Both the position numbers and the translations under genes were made by a program. 64,000 bases of DNA from Nemertoderma westbladi (taxonomy: Eukaryota; Animalia; Xenacoelomorpha): contig JAUCBJ010001234.1 of NCBI GenBank assembly GCA_032718475.1, positions 1 to 64,000 of the forward strand, read 5' to 3'. Under the pieces are notes generated by a model that did not search any database, was not told the origin of the DNA, and saw only the letters and a list, made by a program, of their open reading frames with translations. Of the stretch, positions 13,411 through 25,900 are shown one piece after another. Position 1 is the first letter of the stretch; every line of letters begins with the position of its first letter.

Positions 13411-14109
13411 ATGATACAAGTTTGGGAGAGGCCAATGAATCGAAAACAGATCAATATAACAGCCAAATATATGGTTAAATAAAGTTACAATTCTTTTTTC
13501 ATCTGGTTGGAAAACAGGTCCACAAAATGTTTGAAGCTTAAAACATTATTTAACAGCTGAGTGTTAAGGCTGGAACATAGTTATTCCCTACCAGTGCAGA
13601 ATTGTTGTTGTGTCCTTAATATAATTATTATATTATTTCATCTGAATCTTTGTCTGCCGTTTCTGAGTGGAGGGTATGATATCGTGTACCGATTACAACT
13701 AATGTAACCGATAGTTTATTATATTGATCGCGCCATTTGGTCAACATTGATTTATTTTTTTCCATTACAACTTTGCAAAAGAAATACCACCGATCCTGAG
13801 CCCCAACATTGTTTAGGATCGGCTGTGATGCGTTATATTTATATTACCGTAATTAACCAATACGATTCTGTTATTCAGTGTTTCCAGCATTATTTTAGTG
13901 ATATTTCCTTCATGACATTTTAAATGCTACAATAAATTATTTCTTAAAGCTTAAATTGTTAAAGAGGAATTTAATACTCTAATGTTATACTACGAACGTA
14001 GACGTTGTTGTACCCGTCACAAAAAATGTTATTTTGTTGTGTTTTTTGATGGCCCTAGGGCCTGAGTACTATTTTGGGCTTAATATCCTGCCTGATTTTT
14101 TTGTAGTTT

Positions 14110-16970
14110 GTGGGTGTAGACTACAATGGTGTGTAGCAGTATACTATAAGGTGTGTAGCAGTAGACTATATGGTGTGTAACTGTAGAATACATGGTGTGT
14201 AGCTGTAGACTACATGGAGTGTACCTGTTGTAGACTACATGGTGTGTAGCTGTTGTAGACTACATGGTGCGTAGCTGTAGAATACATGGTGTGTAGCTGT
14301 AGACTACATGGAGTGTAGCTGTTGTAGACTACATGGTGTGTAGCTGTTGTAGACTACATGGTGCGTAGCTGTAGACTACATGGAGTGTAGCTGTTGTAGA
14401 CTACATGGTGTGTAGCTGTTGTAGACTACATGGTGCGTAGCTGTAGAATACATGGTGTGTAGCTGTAGACTACATGGAGTGTAGCTGTTGTAGACTACAT
14501 GGTGCGTAGCTGTAGAATACATGGTGTGTAGCTATAGACTACATGGAGTGTAGCTGTTGTAGACTATATGGTGTGTAGCTGTTGTAGACTACATGGTGGT
14601 AACTGTAGACTACATGGTGTGTAGCTGTAGACTACATGGTGCGTAGCTGTAGAATACATGGTGTGTAGCTGTAGACTACATGGAGTGTAGCTGTTGTAGA
14701 CTACATGGTGTGTTGATGTAGACTACATGGTGTGTAGCTGTAGACTACATGGCGTGTAGCTGTTGTAGACTACATGGTGTGTTGATGTAGACTATACATG
14801 GTGTGTAGCTGTAGACTACATGGTGTGTAGCTGTTATAGACTACATGGTGTGTAGCTGTAGACTGCATAGTGTGTAGCTGTAGACTACATGGTGTGTAGT
14901 TGTAGACTACATGGTGTGTAGCTGTAGACTACATGGTGTGTAGCTGTAGACTACATGGTGTGTAGCTGTAGACTACATGGTGTGTAGCTGTAGACTACAT
15001 GGTGTGTAGCTGTAGACTACATGGTGTGTAGCTGTAGACTGCATGGTGTGTAGCTGTAGACTACATGGCGTGTAGATGTTGTAGACTACATGGTGTGTTG
15101 ATGTAGACTACATGGTGTGTAGCTGTAGACTGCATGGTGTGTAGCTGTAGACTACATGGCGTGCAGCTGTAGAGTACATGGTGGGTAGCTGTATACTATA
15201 TGGTGTGTAGCTGTAGAATACATGGTGTGTAGCTGTTGTAGACTACATGGTGTGAAGCTGTAGACTACATGGTGTGTAGCTGTAGACTACATGGTGTGCA
15301 GCTGTAGAGTACATGGTGGGTAGCTGTAGACTATATGGTGTGTAGCTGTAGAATACAGGTGTGTAGCTGTTGTAGACTACATGGTGTGAAGCTGTAGAAT
15401 ACATGGTGTGTAGCTGTAGACTACATGGTGTGTCGCTGTAGACTACATGGTGTGTAGCTGTAGACTACATGGTGTGTAGCTGTAGACTACATGGTGTGTA
15501 GCTGTAGACTACATGGTGTGTAGCTGTAGACTACATGGTGTGTAGCTGTTGTAGACTTCCTGATGCGTAGCTGTAGACTACATGGTGTGTAGCTGTAGAC
15601 TACATGGTGTGTAGCTGTAGACTACATGGTGTGTAGCTGTAGACTACACGGTGTGTAGCTGTAGACTGCATGGTGTGTAGCTGTAGACTGCATAGTGTGT
15701 AGCTGTAGACTACATGGTGTGTAGTTGTAGACTACATGGTGTGTAGCTGTAGACTACATGGTGTGTAGTTGTAGACTACATGGTGTGTAGCTGTAGAATA
15801 CATGGTGCGTAGCTGTAGACTACATGGTGTGTAGCTGTAGACTACATGGTGTGTAGCTGTAGACTACATGGTGTGAAGCTGTAGACTACATGGTGTGTAG
15901 CTGTAGACTACATGGTGTGTAGCTGTAGACTACATGGTGTGTAGCTGTAGACTACATGGTGTGTAGCTGGAGACTACATGGTGTGTAGCTGTAGACTACA
16001 TGGCGTGTAGCTGTTGTAGACTACATGGTGTGTTGATGTAGACTACATGGTGTGTAGCTGTAGACTACATGGTGTGTAGCTGCTATAGACTACATGGTGT
16101 GTAGCTGTAGACTGCATAGTGTGTAGCTGTAGACTACATGGTGTGTAGTTGTAGACTGCATGGTGTGTAGCTGTTGTAGACTACATGGTGTGTAGCTGTA
16201 GACTGCATGGTGTGTAGCTGTAGACTTCATGGCGTGTAGCTGTTGTAGACTACATGGTGTGTTGATGTAGACTACATGGTGTGTAGCTGTAGACTGCATG
16301 GTGTGTAGCTGTAGACTACATGGCGTGTAGCTGTTGTAGACTACGTGGTGTGTTGATGTAGACTACATGGTGTGTAGCTGTTGTAGACTTCATGATGCGT
16401 AGCTGTAGACTACATGGTGTGTAACTGTAGACTACGGTGTGTAGCTGTAGACTACATGGTGCGTAGCTGTAGACTACATGGTGTGAAGCTGTAGACTACA
16501 TGGTGTGTAGATGTAGACTACATGGTGTGTAGCTGTAGACTACATGGTGTGAAGCTGTAGACTACATAGTGTGTAGCTGTAGACTACATGGTGTGTAGCT
16601 GTAGACTACATGGTGTGTAGCTGTAGACTACATGGTGTATAGCTGTTGTAGACTACGGTGTGTTGCTGTAGACTACATGGTGTGTAGCTGTAGAATACAT
16701 GGTGTGTAAGAGTTGTAGACTACATGGTGTGTAGTTGTAGACTACATGGTGTGTAGCTGTAGACTACGGTGTGTAGCTGTAGACTACATGGTGTGTAGCT
16801 GTAGAATACATGGTGTGTAGCTGTTGTAGACTACATGGTGTGTAGTTGTAGACTACATGGTGTGTAGCTGTAGACTACATGGTGGGTAGCTGTAGACTAC
16901 ATGGTGGGTAGCTGTAGACTACATGATGTGTAGCTGTTGTAGACTACATGATGTGTAGCTGTAGACTTCA
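14110..16970. repeat. Minisatellite, 22 bp unit GTAGACTACATGGTGTGTAGCT (25 bp variants)
   Basis: Directly visible tandem array. Confidence 0.98.
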
Positions 16971-17375
16971 TTAACATTGTAAAACCCAATAGCTAGTTGA
17001 TTCCGTTCACTCAACAGAGTTAATGTGGCGTTAAAATTATTATTTTCGTACAAATATAATATGTTATATAGTGTAATATACCACCGTTGATTGTGAAAGC
17101 AATAGAGATAATCACAACTAACATAATAATAATCTTAATATGAACTGAACTCAATTATTATCAATAATTACCTCCTACTACCTTACTATTATAAACAATA
17201 ATCACTGTTAAAAAAAATATGCAATATTTATTTCCTTCCCTGGCATCTACCAGCCCTTTATATTAATCCTCCCTGCATTTGTTATCGGTTTGTTTTAAAC
17301 TTCGATTTTATTCATTCTCAATTTATATTGCGATTTTAAACAATCCATTGGATTTATTAAAGATAATTTGGGCCA

Positions 17376-19555
17376 ATAAGCTTAAAAGTGGCCAAAAAGT
17401 GGTACAAATTGACCGAAAAAATTTTGTCGGAAATTAGTGCAAAACCATTCGAAAGATAATTTCATGGCGAATCTTGTGATGGTAGAGGGAGAACATGACG
17501 CGCTGCTCAAAGGGAGATATATGGCAAAAACTAATGTCATATCTATAACGTTTTTGTCTACCACTGTAACGCATTACAGTGATGACATTTATGGGACAAA
17601 CCTCTGTAACGGCTATCTGTAACGGTAATTATGTTATATGGATTTTGCAGTATTTATAACTTATTGCTTCGACAATAAGGTAATTTATTGGACAAACATC
17701 TGTAACAAACAGCGATATCTGACCATAACCATCGCATCCACTAAATTATATATGTACTTAATACACATGATTTCCAATAAATATAGAAAGAGTTTTTCAC
17801 TAACATTTTTCTGTGTAACCGATAATCTTGTTTAACACGATTTTTTGTTATCCCGTATTAAATTTTCTCAATCGCGCCGCTTTTTATATGCTTGTTTAAA
17901 ATACTCTGTATAACAACCGCGGTCAATTTGTTATCTGTACTTATTTAACCGCTCCCTGGCGTTTCTCTGCAACTGATTCAGAGACGTCCATTACCTCATC
18001 CAATAAACGGATCTGACTAAACTATCACAATAATATAAGTAGTGCACAAGTCCGTCATGTAAGTCAGTAAGTGATGTTAAGCCAATGATTTCGAAATTGA
18101 TAGTAAAATATAGGCCTTTTATACGCATTAGAGTATTTAATCATTAGAGTAAATTATAATCTTACATTGAAGTTACACAAAGACTCACTGATAACAGTCA
18201 CTGGATTATTTACTTTTGTTTATTTATTGCTTCATGTGAGATGAAATTAGATATACAAATTTATTGAAGTCTATCTATATACGGACCCAGAAGCTCTGGA
18301 TTCATACAATTTCATATGTGAAGTGAATCTGCGCTTTACTCCCCAGAATCCACAATCACCTCTTCCCGGATAGAGATAAACATGAATCCGTGTTTTACTC
18401 CCCTTACGGGATCCAGTAACACTTGGCAATGAAAATTAGCTTGAATTCGCATTTTGCATTCATTTCCGGATTTCATGAAAATCCGGATCCGCGTTTTAAC
18501 CTCAAAATTCGAGAACCGATCCGGATCCTGCATCCAGTTCCGCGTTTTACACTTACCCATCCTACACTACCACATTACCATGAGCAGTAAGGATGTCAGT
18601 AGGAAGACGAAGAACGTATCAAACGAGTAGGCATTCAATATTGTCAGTGATGCCTTATTGTATTTCAGGATGACACTCCGTTACAGATAGGACTGTCATA
18701 CAGATTGGACTGAAAACCTACAGTCTGTAACGCATCGATAACTGGTTATATAATGCGTTACAGATGAGACATGCCCTATCTGTAACGCACTGCACTGTAA
18801 CGGTGACGCGTTACAGATGGTTGACAAAAACGCTTACAACCGCTACACATCCTAGGTGTTTATTTACCACATTAACTCTTGGGGTTAATGCGGCATAAAT
18901 TAAAATTGCCTTTCCACACGTACCATTATACTTGTATGAGATTAATATTATCAAAATCTATGGCCACATTTGTAGCGTTACAGATATGGACGTTTATGCT
19001 TTCTATATTGACTTTGTTAAACATAAATGCTTCCCAAATGAGCTTACCTTACCCTTTGTATGTGATATTTGGCCTATATATGTTAGAAACCCTGTAGATT
19101 CTAAATATATCAAAATTGAAAACCTACAGTTACTACTTCAGATTCAAGACGTAAATGTTACATATGTGACGCAAAAATTGAAAAATCCGTGCCCATTTTA
19201 TGTATCGATCTCAAATGGTTCAACATGAATATTATGGCCTGAAATATATCGGAAAAGAAAGCAAAACATCTAAGCTTCCCAACAATATATAGGTTTCCTA
19301 TATATTTGCCACTTGGGGTGATAAAATTTACAGTTGTTTGTGGTCGTGTCATGTAAGGGACAACTGATTTTCACGATATTTCAGTCTTTAATGGGGCATA
19401 TCTTTTGACTGCCTTAACAGATTTTCATAATTTTTAGTGCGTAAGCTGCGCAAATAAATTAGCTACAAAATAATATATAACTTTATTACATACGAATAAA
19501 TTACAGCATTTAAATTTTAACTTCCGGACAAACCATTGGCCACTTTTAAGCTTAT
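17376..19555. mobile_element. Non-autonomous DNA transposon with terminal inverted repeats
   Basis: ATAAGCTTAAAAGTGGCCAA (17376-17395) and its exact reverse complement (19536-19555). No transposase ORF. Superfamily not assigned. Confidence 0.65.
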
Positions 19556-20075
19556 CCCATTTACATTTACAGTCAATTCTGATTTTGCTGTAAATAAACC
19601 TTGAGTGTAACAAAAGTCTAGGCCTAGGAATGTCAGTTTGCCGGAAATATGTTTTTCAAGGAGATTTCCGGAAAAGCACTTTAGTTAAAGCCAGGACACA
19701 TAACCACTTCCAACACCACTAGATAGGAATCACTTGTTTCTAGTCTTTACTCAACTTGTCTGATAGGGTTACAATCATAATAACAAATAAAAGATGAAAT
19801 AAAAAAATATTTCAAAAAAAAATATGAAAGCCTGTATTACGAGATAGCATCTTGCTCGACGCCCCGGATTGAACACGGGATCTCTTACCTCTAGGTAGAA
19901 ATAGATTGAGGAACTACAAAAAAACGATTTATAATATTCCCAATTTTGAAATAAATTATTAACGACAAATTATGCCAATTAATTCCCGTCTTGTAGGCCT
20001 TCGGTAATTCCAAATTAACCTAGAAGATATAAAATAAAAATATAAGTCTGTTTCTCACTTAACCAAATAAATTAC

Positions 20076-20081
20076 TTTATT
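20076..20081 (-). promoter_or_regulatory. Candidate distal polyadenylation signal of MsrA
   Basis: AATAAA on the minus strand about 30 nt downstream of the SECIS. Confidence 0.55.
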
Positions 20082-20106
20082 GGTCGTTTCAAACAAACTT
20101 TAAAAT

Positions 20107-20160
20107 ACTCTTCGGTTTTTTCTCCCTGCTAAGGCAGTTTAAAGAAAAAACGTCATAAGC
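20107..20160 (-). promoter_or_regulatory. Eukaryotic SECIS element (form 2) of selenoprotein MsrA
   Basis: Minus strand reads ATGAC-GTTTTTTCTTT-AAA-CTGC(CTTA)GCAG-GGAGAAAAAAC-CGAA. This gives an AUGA/GA kink-turn core, a fully paired 11-bp helix II, unpaired AAA and an apical mini-stem. It is on the same strand as, and downstream of, a gene with a catalytic TGA. Confidence 0.92.
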
Positions 20161-20391
20161 TGTTTGATTGAAACTAAAATAAAGAAATCTTGGAAATATA
20201 TATTAACAATAAGATAACAACCGACAAAATAAACAATAAGTAATTCAATAGCGATGTTAGACAAGTTATATTCTACAAAACATAACTAAATTATAAAAGA
20301 AGGTAAAATTTGGGATTAAATACATCCCAGAGGTAACAATATTATTAGCACATAAAAGCTAGGTGTTCTTATTAATCAACTGTATTACACC

Positions 20392-21233
20392 ATGTCCTGG
20401 AATATAGTGTCGTAATTCAGTCATAAGGACCCTCCCAAATTTTTTTACAATTATAGTAATGTGAACGTATGAAATTTGAAACAGCTATAGTTCACCTCCT
20501 TTCTCCCTAGTGGGTGAGTCAGAATTTTTATTTTTGCTTTTATTCTTTAGCTACAAGCGTTTGAAAAAAGTGCCTCCAGGATAGTCGTACTGCAGTTATT
20601 CCTCAATCTTATATTGTTGGTACCAATGGAAAGCTGGTCATGTAAGGATTCCAAATATGTAAAAATATTTTAATTTGGTTTGGAAATAGGTTTGGACATA
20701 TGGTCATTCGAATGTTGCATGTATTTGCTTCCGCAGCAGGCTAATAATTATTATATTTAATAAAATACACAATATTCTGGAACATGTTGTTTATCTCAAT
20801 AGAAGCTGGGCAACAATGCAATGGCTATATAATAATACAAGTACGTGGATATTCATACATAAACAAAATGTTCTAGAACATGGTGTGTTTATTAAATATA
20901 ATAAAATGGCCAGCAGCGGAAGTAATACATGCAACATTCGAATGCCCTTTTAATTTCCAACCAAATTTTAACATTTTTGGAATCCTTGCATGGCCAGCGC
21001 TACCAACAAATTAATGAAGAATAACTGTAGTACAACTGCTGCAATATCGCTGGAGACACTTTTTTTAAACACTTATAGCTAAAGAAAGCAAAAAAAAAAA
21101 ATTCTGATTCACCCACTAAGGAGAAAGAAGGTGAACTATAGCTGTTTCAAATAACCCATTATGAATATTTGTAGAAAACTTTGGGGGGGGGGGGGTCCAT
21201 GTCACTGAATTATGACTCAATATTCCAGGACAT
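20392..21233. mobile_element. Foldback/MITE-like element (long imperfect palindrome)
   Basis: ATGTCCTGGAATAT... is mirrored by ...ATATTCCAGGACAT. Internal blocks are also mirrored (TTTGAAACAGCTATAGTTCACCT / AGGTGAACTATAGCTGTTTCAAA and ATTCGAATGTTGCATGTA / TACATGCAACATTCGAAT). Confidence 0.85.
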
Positions 21234-21436
21234 AAATGATATATTAATGAAATAATTAAAGGTTTTATCAGTGATTGTAAAACTAATTAATGTGAGTAAT
21301 TATCAAATTGGATGAGAACAACCACCAATATATAAAAGAATTACTAAAATTAGCACATAAATAACGCACCTTCAGGCAAAACGTTTAGTATTTAGTATAA
21401 TTATTTAGCAGGATGTTCAAAGCTTTACCTTTTTAG

Positions 21437-22330
21437 GGTGGCCCACAAAATTTACCACGTTTTCATTTATTAATACTCATCCCCATATGAATGAAGGAGA
21501 CCAACTTTGACTTTGGTATATGTCTGGATAAAAATTGTTGATATGGAAACTTTTTACAATAATTTACTAAGGTTGGTAGACCTCAACATGGATGGGCACC
21601 CCCGATGACACCACGACGAGCGATGCTCAGCAGGCATAGCATCAATCACCGTTTATATTGCACGCTGACGACGTTCACTTATATCCCTAACGGAGTGAAC
21701 TGCGCAGGTCACACTGAGACGGACTGGAGAGCATGGTGACCAAGGGATGGGGCCATCCGTGGCAATCCAACGGCCAGGGGACGTCTGGCTGTTGGAGTCA
21801 CGAACAACAATGCGATGGGGATTGGGACTCCATCTTGCTGAAAAACGTATTCCATCTGCTAATTGAATTTCGGCAGCAGAAAGGTCCGCAGCATATCAAG
21901 GTAGACCTTGAGCGACCCTTCAACCAACTTATTTCGGTACTCTATCTCCAAAATTCAGAAATTCCATATGTTTTCTCGGCCACTTCTTCATTGCTAAATT
22001 ACACGTTATTGAAATCTCTGTCTTCTAAAAGTTCCAGAATTTCATCAGTGGCCATCACCCTCACCAGATAATAGTTTGGCTTTAACCCATGTAATAACTG
22101 ATCCTTGTACAGCCTGAACTTCAGTTGGTTACTCACAGGATATGCTAACGATACGCGACGCACAGATGTGTCTCGGGTGGAAAGTACGTTTTAATCTTAC
22201 CGGCAGAAATCTTCGCTGGAGAAAGGGGCGGTCTTCCAGAACCTTTTTACGAAGCACAGATTTTTCCGTTTCAAACTTGTTTGTTAAGCGTGCGATCACT
22301 TTTGTCAGGTGGACGCACACCTGGATAAAA
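21437..22330 (-). mobile_element. Degraded Tc1/mariner transposase remnant
   Basis: The minus strand encodes FFQQDG (~21830-21850) followed by a degenerate WPPRSPDL-like motif (~21715-21750). Boundaries are approximate. Confidence 0.65.
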
Positions 22331-22812
22331 ATGTGTGTAAATTTTAAACTAGTGAGTTTTTAGAGTTTGTCTGGTAAAATAACTTAATGATAAAGACCTT
22401 CTGTTTTCCAGGATACTATATTTTCTAGAATCTGGAAGGTCTAGCAACTAACAGGCGATTGGTATCGTTACTTGTTTAAAATGTCTAATATTTTCAAACG
22501 TACTAACTCAATTCCCATAGCAACAATTTTTATCCAATTATTGTCTAGGCAACATCAAGTTATCAACTTTACATTTATAAGGGGATGCGCTATTGAAAAA
22601 TGAAAAGGGGGTACATTTATCATAACATGATTGAGATTAAAGGTTTTGCACCTAGTTACATAATTTAGGATATTATTTATTACAAACGACATTGATTAGT
22701 TCTGTTTTATAACAGTGAGCGGTTTCTAGTTTATGTAAAACTGGTTAAATCAAATCTCATTGATTTCAGACTTTTATTGGTGAAGTATATTACAACTCGC
22801 ATTCCATTCCAT

Positions 22813-22903
22813 CTACGGCTCAGCTAAATCCCGGAGGGTCGCCAGCTGATCTTCGGAAACACCGAGTTCCAACAATGAAGGTTCTTCTTCGTCTAACCAC
22901 TTA
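22813..22903 (-). CDS. MSRA: Selenoprotein MsrA, last coding exon
   Basis: Acceptor TTTCAG|T in phase 2, matching the previous exon. Reads (I)KWLDEEEPSLLELGVSEDQLATLRDLAEP*. Confidence 0.75.
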
Positions 22904-25900
22904 CTGAAACAGATAAATAGTTAGTCAGTTCATCTAACCACTTACTGAAACAGATAAATAGTTAGTCAGTTAATCTAACCACTTCTGAAACAAATGAATA
23001 GTTAGTCAGTTCATCTAACCACTTACTGAAACAGATAAATAGTTAGTCAGTTCATCTAATCACTTACTGAAACAGATAAAGTTAGTCAGTTCATCTAACC
23101 ACTTACTGAAACAGATAAATAGTTAGTCAGTTCATCTTACCACTTACTGAAACAGATAAATAGTTAGTCAGTTCATCTAACCACTTACTGAAACAGATAA
23201 ATAGTTAGTCAGTTCATCTAACCATTTAATGAAACAGATAAATAGTTAGTCAGTTCATCTAACCACTTACTGAAACAGATAAAGTTAGTCAGTTCATCTA
23301 ACCACTTACTGAAACAGATAAATAGTTAGCCAGTTCATCTAACCACTTACTGAAACAGATAAATAGTTAGTCAGTTCATCTAACCACTTACTGAAACAGA
23401 TAAAGTTAGTTAGTTCATCTAACCACTTACTGAAACAGATAAAGTTAGTCAGTTCATCTAACCATTTACTGAAACAGATAAATAGTTAGTCAGTTAATCC
23501 AACCACTTACTGAAACAGATAAAGTTAGTCAGTTCATCTAACCACTTACTGAAACAGATAAAGTTAGTCAGTTCATCTAACCACTTACTGAAACAGATAA
23601 AGTTAGTCAGTTCATCTAACCACTTACTGAAACAGATAAATAGTTAGTCAGTTCATCTAACCATTTACTGAAACAGATAAATAGTTAGCCAGTTCATCTA
23701 ACCACTTACTGAAACAGATAAAGTTAGCCAGTTCATCTAACCACTTACTGAAACAGATAAAGTTAGTCAGTTCATCTAACCACTTACTGAAACAGATAAA
23801 TAGTTAGTCAGTTCATCTAACCAATAAATGAAACAGATAAATAGTTAGTCAGTTCATCTAACCACTTACTGAAACAGATAAATAGTTAGTCAGTTCATCT
23901 AACCACTTACTGAAACAGATAAATAGTTAGTCAGTTCATCTAACCACTTACTGAAACAGATAAATAGTTAGTCAGTTCATCTAACCATTTAATGAAACAG
24001 ATAAATAGTTAGTCAGTTCATCTAACCACTTACTGAAACAGATAAAGTTAGTCAGTTCATCTAACCACTTACTGAAACAGATAAATAGTTAGCCAGTTCA
24101 TCTAACCACTTACTGAAACAGATAAATAGTTAGTCAGTTCATCTAACCACTTACTGAAACAGATAAAGTTAGTTAGTTCATCTAACCACTTACTGAAACA
24201 GATAAAGTTAGTCAGTTCATCTAACCATTTACTGAAACAGATAAATAGTTAGTCAGTTAATCCAACCACTTACTGAAACAGATAAAGTTAGTCAGTTCAT
24301 CTAACCACTTACTGAAACAGATAAAGTTAGTCAGTTCATCTAACCACTTACTGAAACAGATAAAGTTAGTCAGTTCATCTAACCACTTACTGAAACAGAT
24401 AAATAGTTAGTCAGTTCATCTAACCATTTACTGAAACAGATAAATAGTTAGCCAGTTCATCTAACCACTTACTGAAACAGATAAAGTTAGCCAGTTCATC
24501 TAACCACTTACTGAAACAGATAAAGTTAGTCAGTTCATCTAACCACTTACTGAAACAGATAAATAGTTAGTCAGTTCATCTAACCAATAAATGAAACAGA
24601 TAAATAGTTAGTCAGTTCATCTAACCACTTACTGAAACAGATAAATAGTTAGTCAGTTCATCTAACCACTTACTGAAACAGATAAATAGTTAGTCAGTTC
24701 ATCTAACCACTTACTGAAACAGATAAATAGTTAGTCAGTTCATCTAACCACTTACTGAAACAGATAAATAGTTAGTCAGTTCATCTAACCATTTAATGAA
24801 ACAGATAAATAGTTAGTCAGTTCATCTAACCACTTACTGAAACAGATAAAGTTAGTCAGTTCATCTAACCACTTACTGAAACAGATAAATAGTTAGCCAG
24901 TTCATCTAACCACTTACTGAAACAGATAAATAGTTAGTCAGTTCATCTAACCACTTACTGAAACAGATAAAGTTAGTTAGTTCATCTAACCACTTACTGA
25001 AACAGATAAAGTTAGTCAGTTCATCTAACCATTTACTGAAACAGATAAATAGTTAGTCAGTTAATCCAACCACTTACTGAAACAGATAAAGTTAGTCAGT
25101 TCATCTAACCACTTACTGAAACAGATAAAGTTAGTCAGTTCATCTAACCACTTACTGAAACAGATAAAGTTAGTCAGTTCATCTAACCACTTACTGAAAC
25201 AGATAAATAGTTAGTCAGTTCATCTAACCATTTACTGAAACAGATAAATAGTTAGCCAGTTCATCTAACCACTTACTGAAACAGATAAAGTTAGCCAGTT
25301 CATCTAACCACTTACTGAAACAGATAAAGTTAGTCAGTTCATCTAACCACTTACTGAAACAGATAAATAGTTAGTCAGTTCATCTAACCAATAAATGAAA
25401 CAGATAAATAGTTAGTCAGTTCATCTAACCACTTACTGAAACAGATAAATAGTTAGTCAGTTCATCTAACCACTTACTGAAACAGATAAATAGTTAGTCA
25501 GTTCATCTAACCACTTACTGAAACAGATAAATAGTTAGTCAGTTCATCTAACCACTTACTGAAACAAATAAATAATTAGTCAGTTCATCTAACCATTTAA
25601 TGAAACAGATAAATAGTTAGTCAGTTCATCTAACCACTTACTGAAACAGATAAAGTTAGTCAGTTCATCTAACCATTTAATGAAACAGATAAATAGTTAG
25701 TCAATTCATCTAACCACTTACTGAAACAGATAAAGTTAGTCAGTTCATCTAACCATTTAATGAAACAGATAAATAGTTAGTCAGTTCATCTAACCACTTA
25801 CTGAAACAGATAAATAGTTAGTCAGTTCATCTAACCACTTACTGAAACAGATAAATAGTTAGTCAGTTCATCTAACCAATAAATGAAACAGATAAATAGT

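Noticed and set aside
22380-22780. SECIS candidates close to the MsrA stop codon
   Set aside because: The ATGA motifs and the AGACCTTC/GAAGGTCT hairpin here lack a paired helix II with the GA/GA core.
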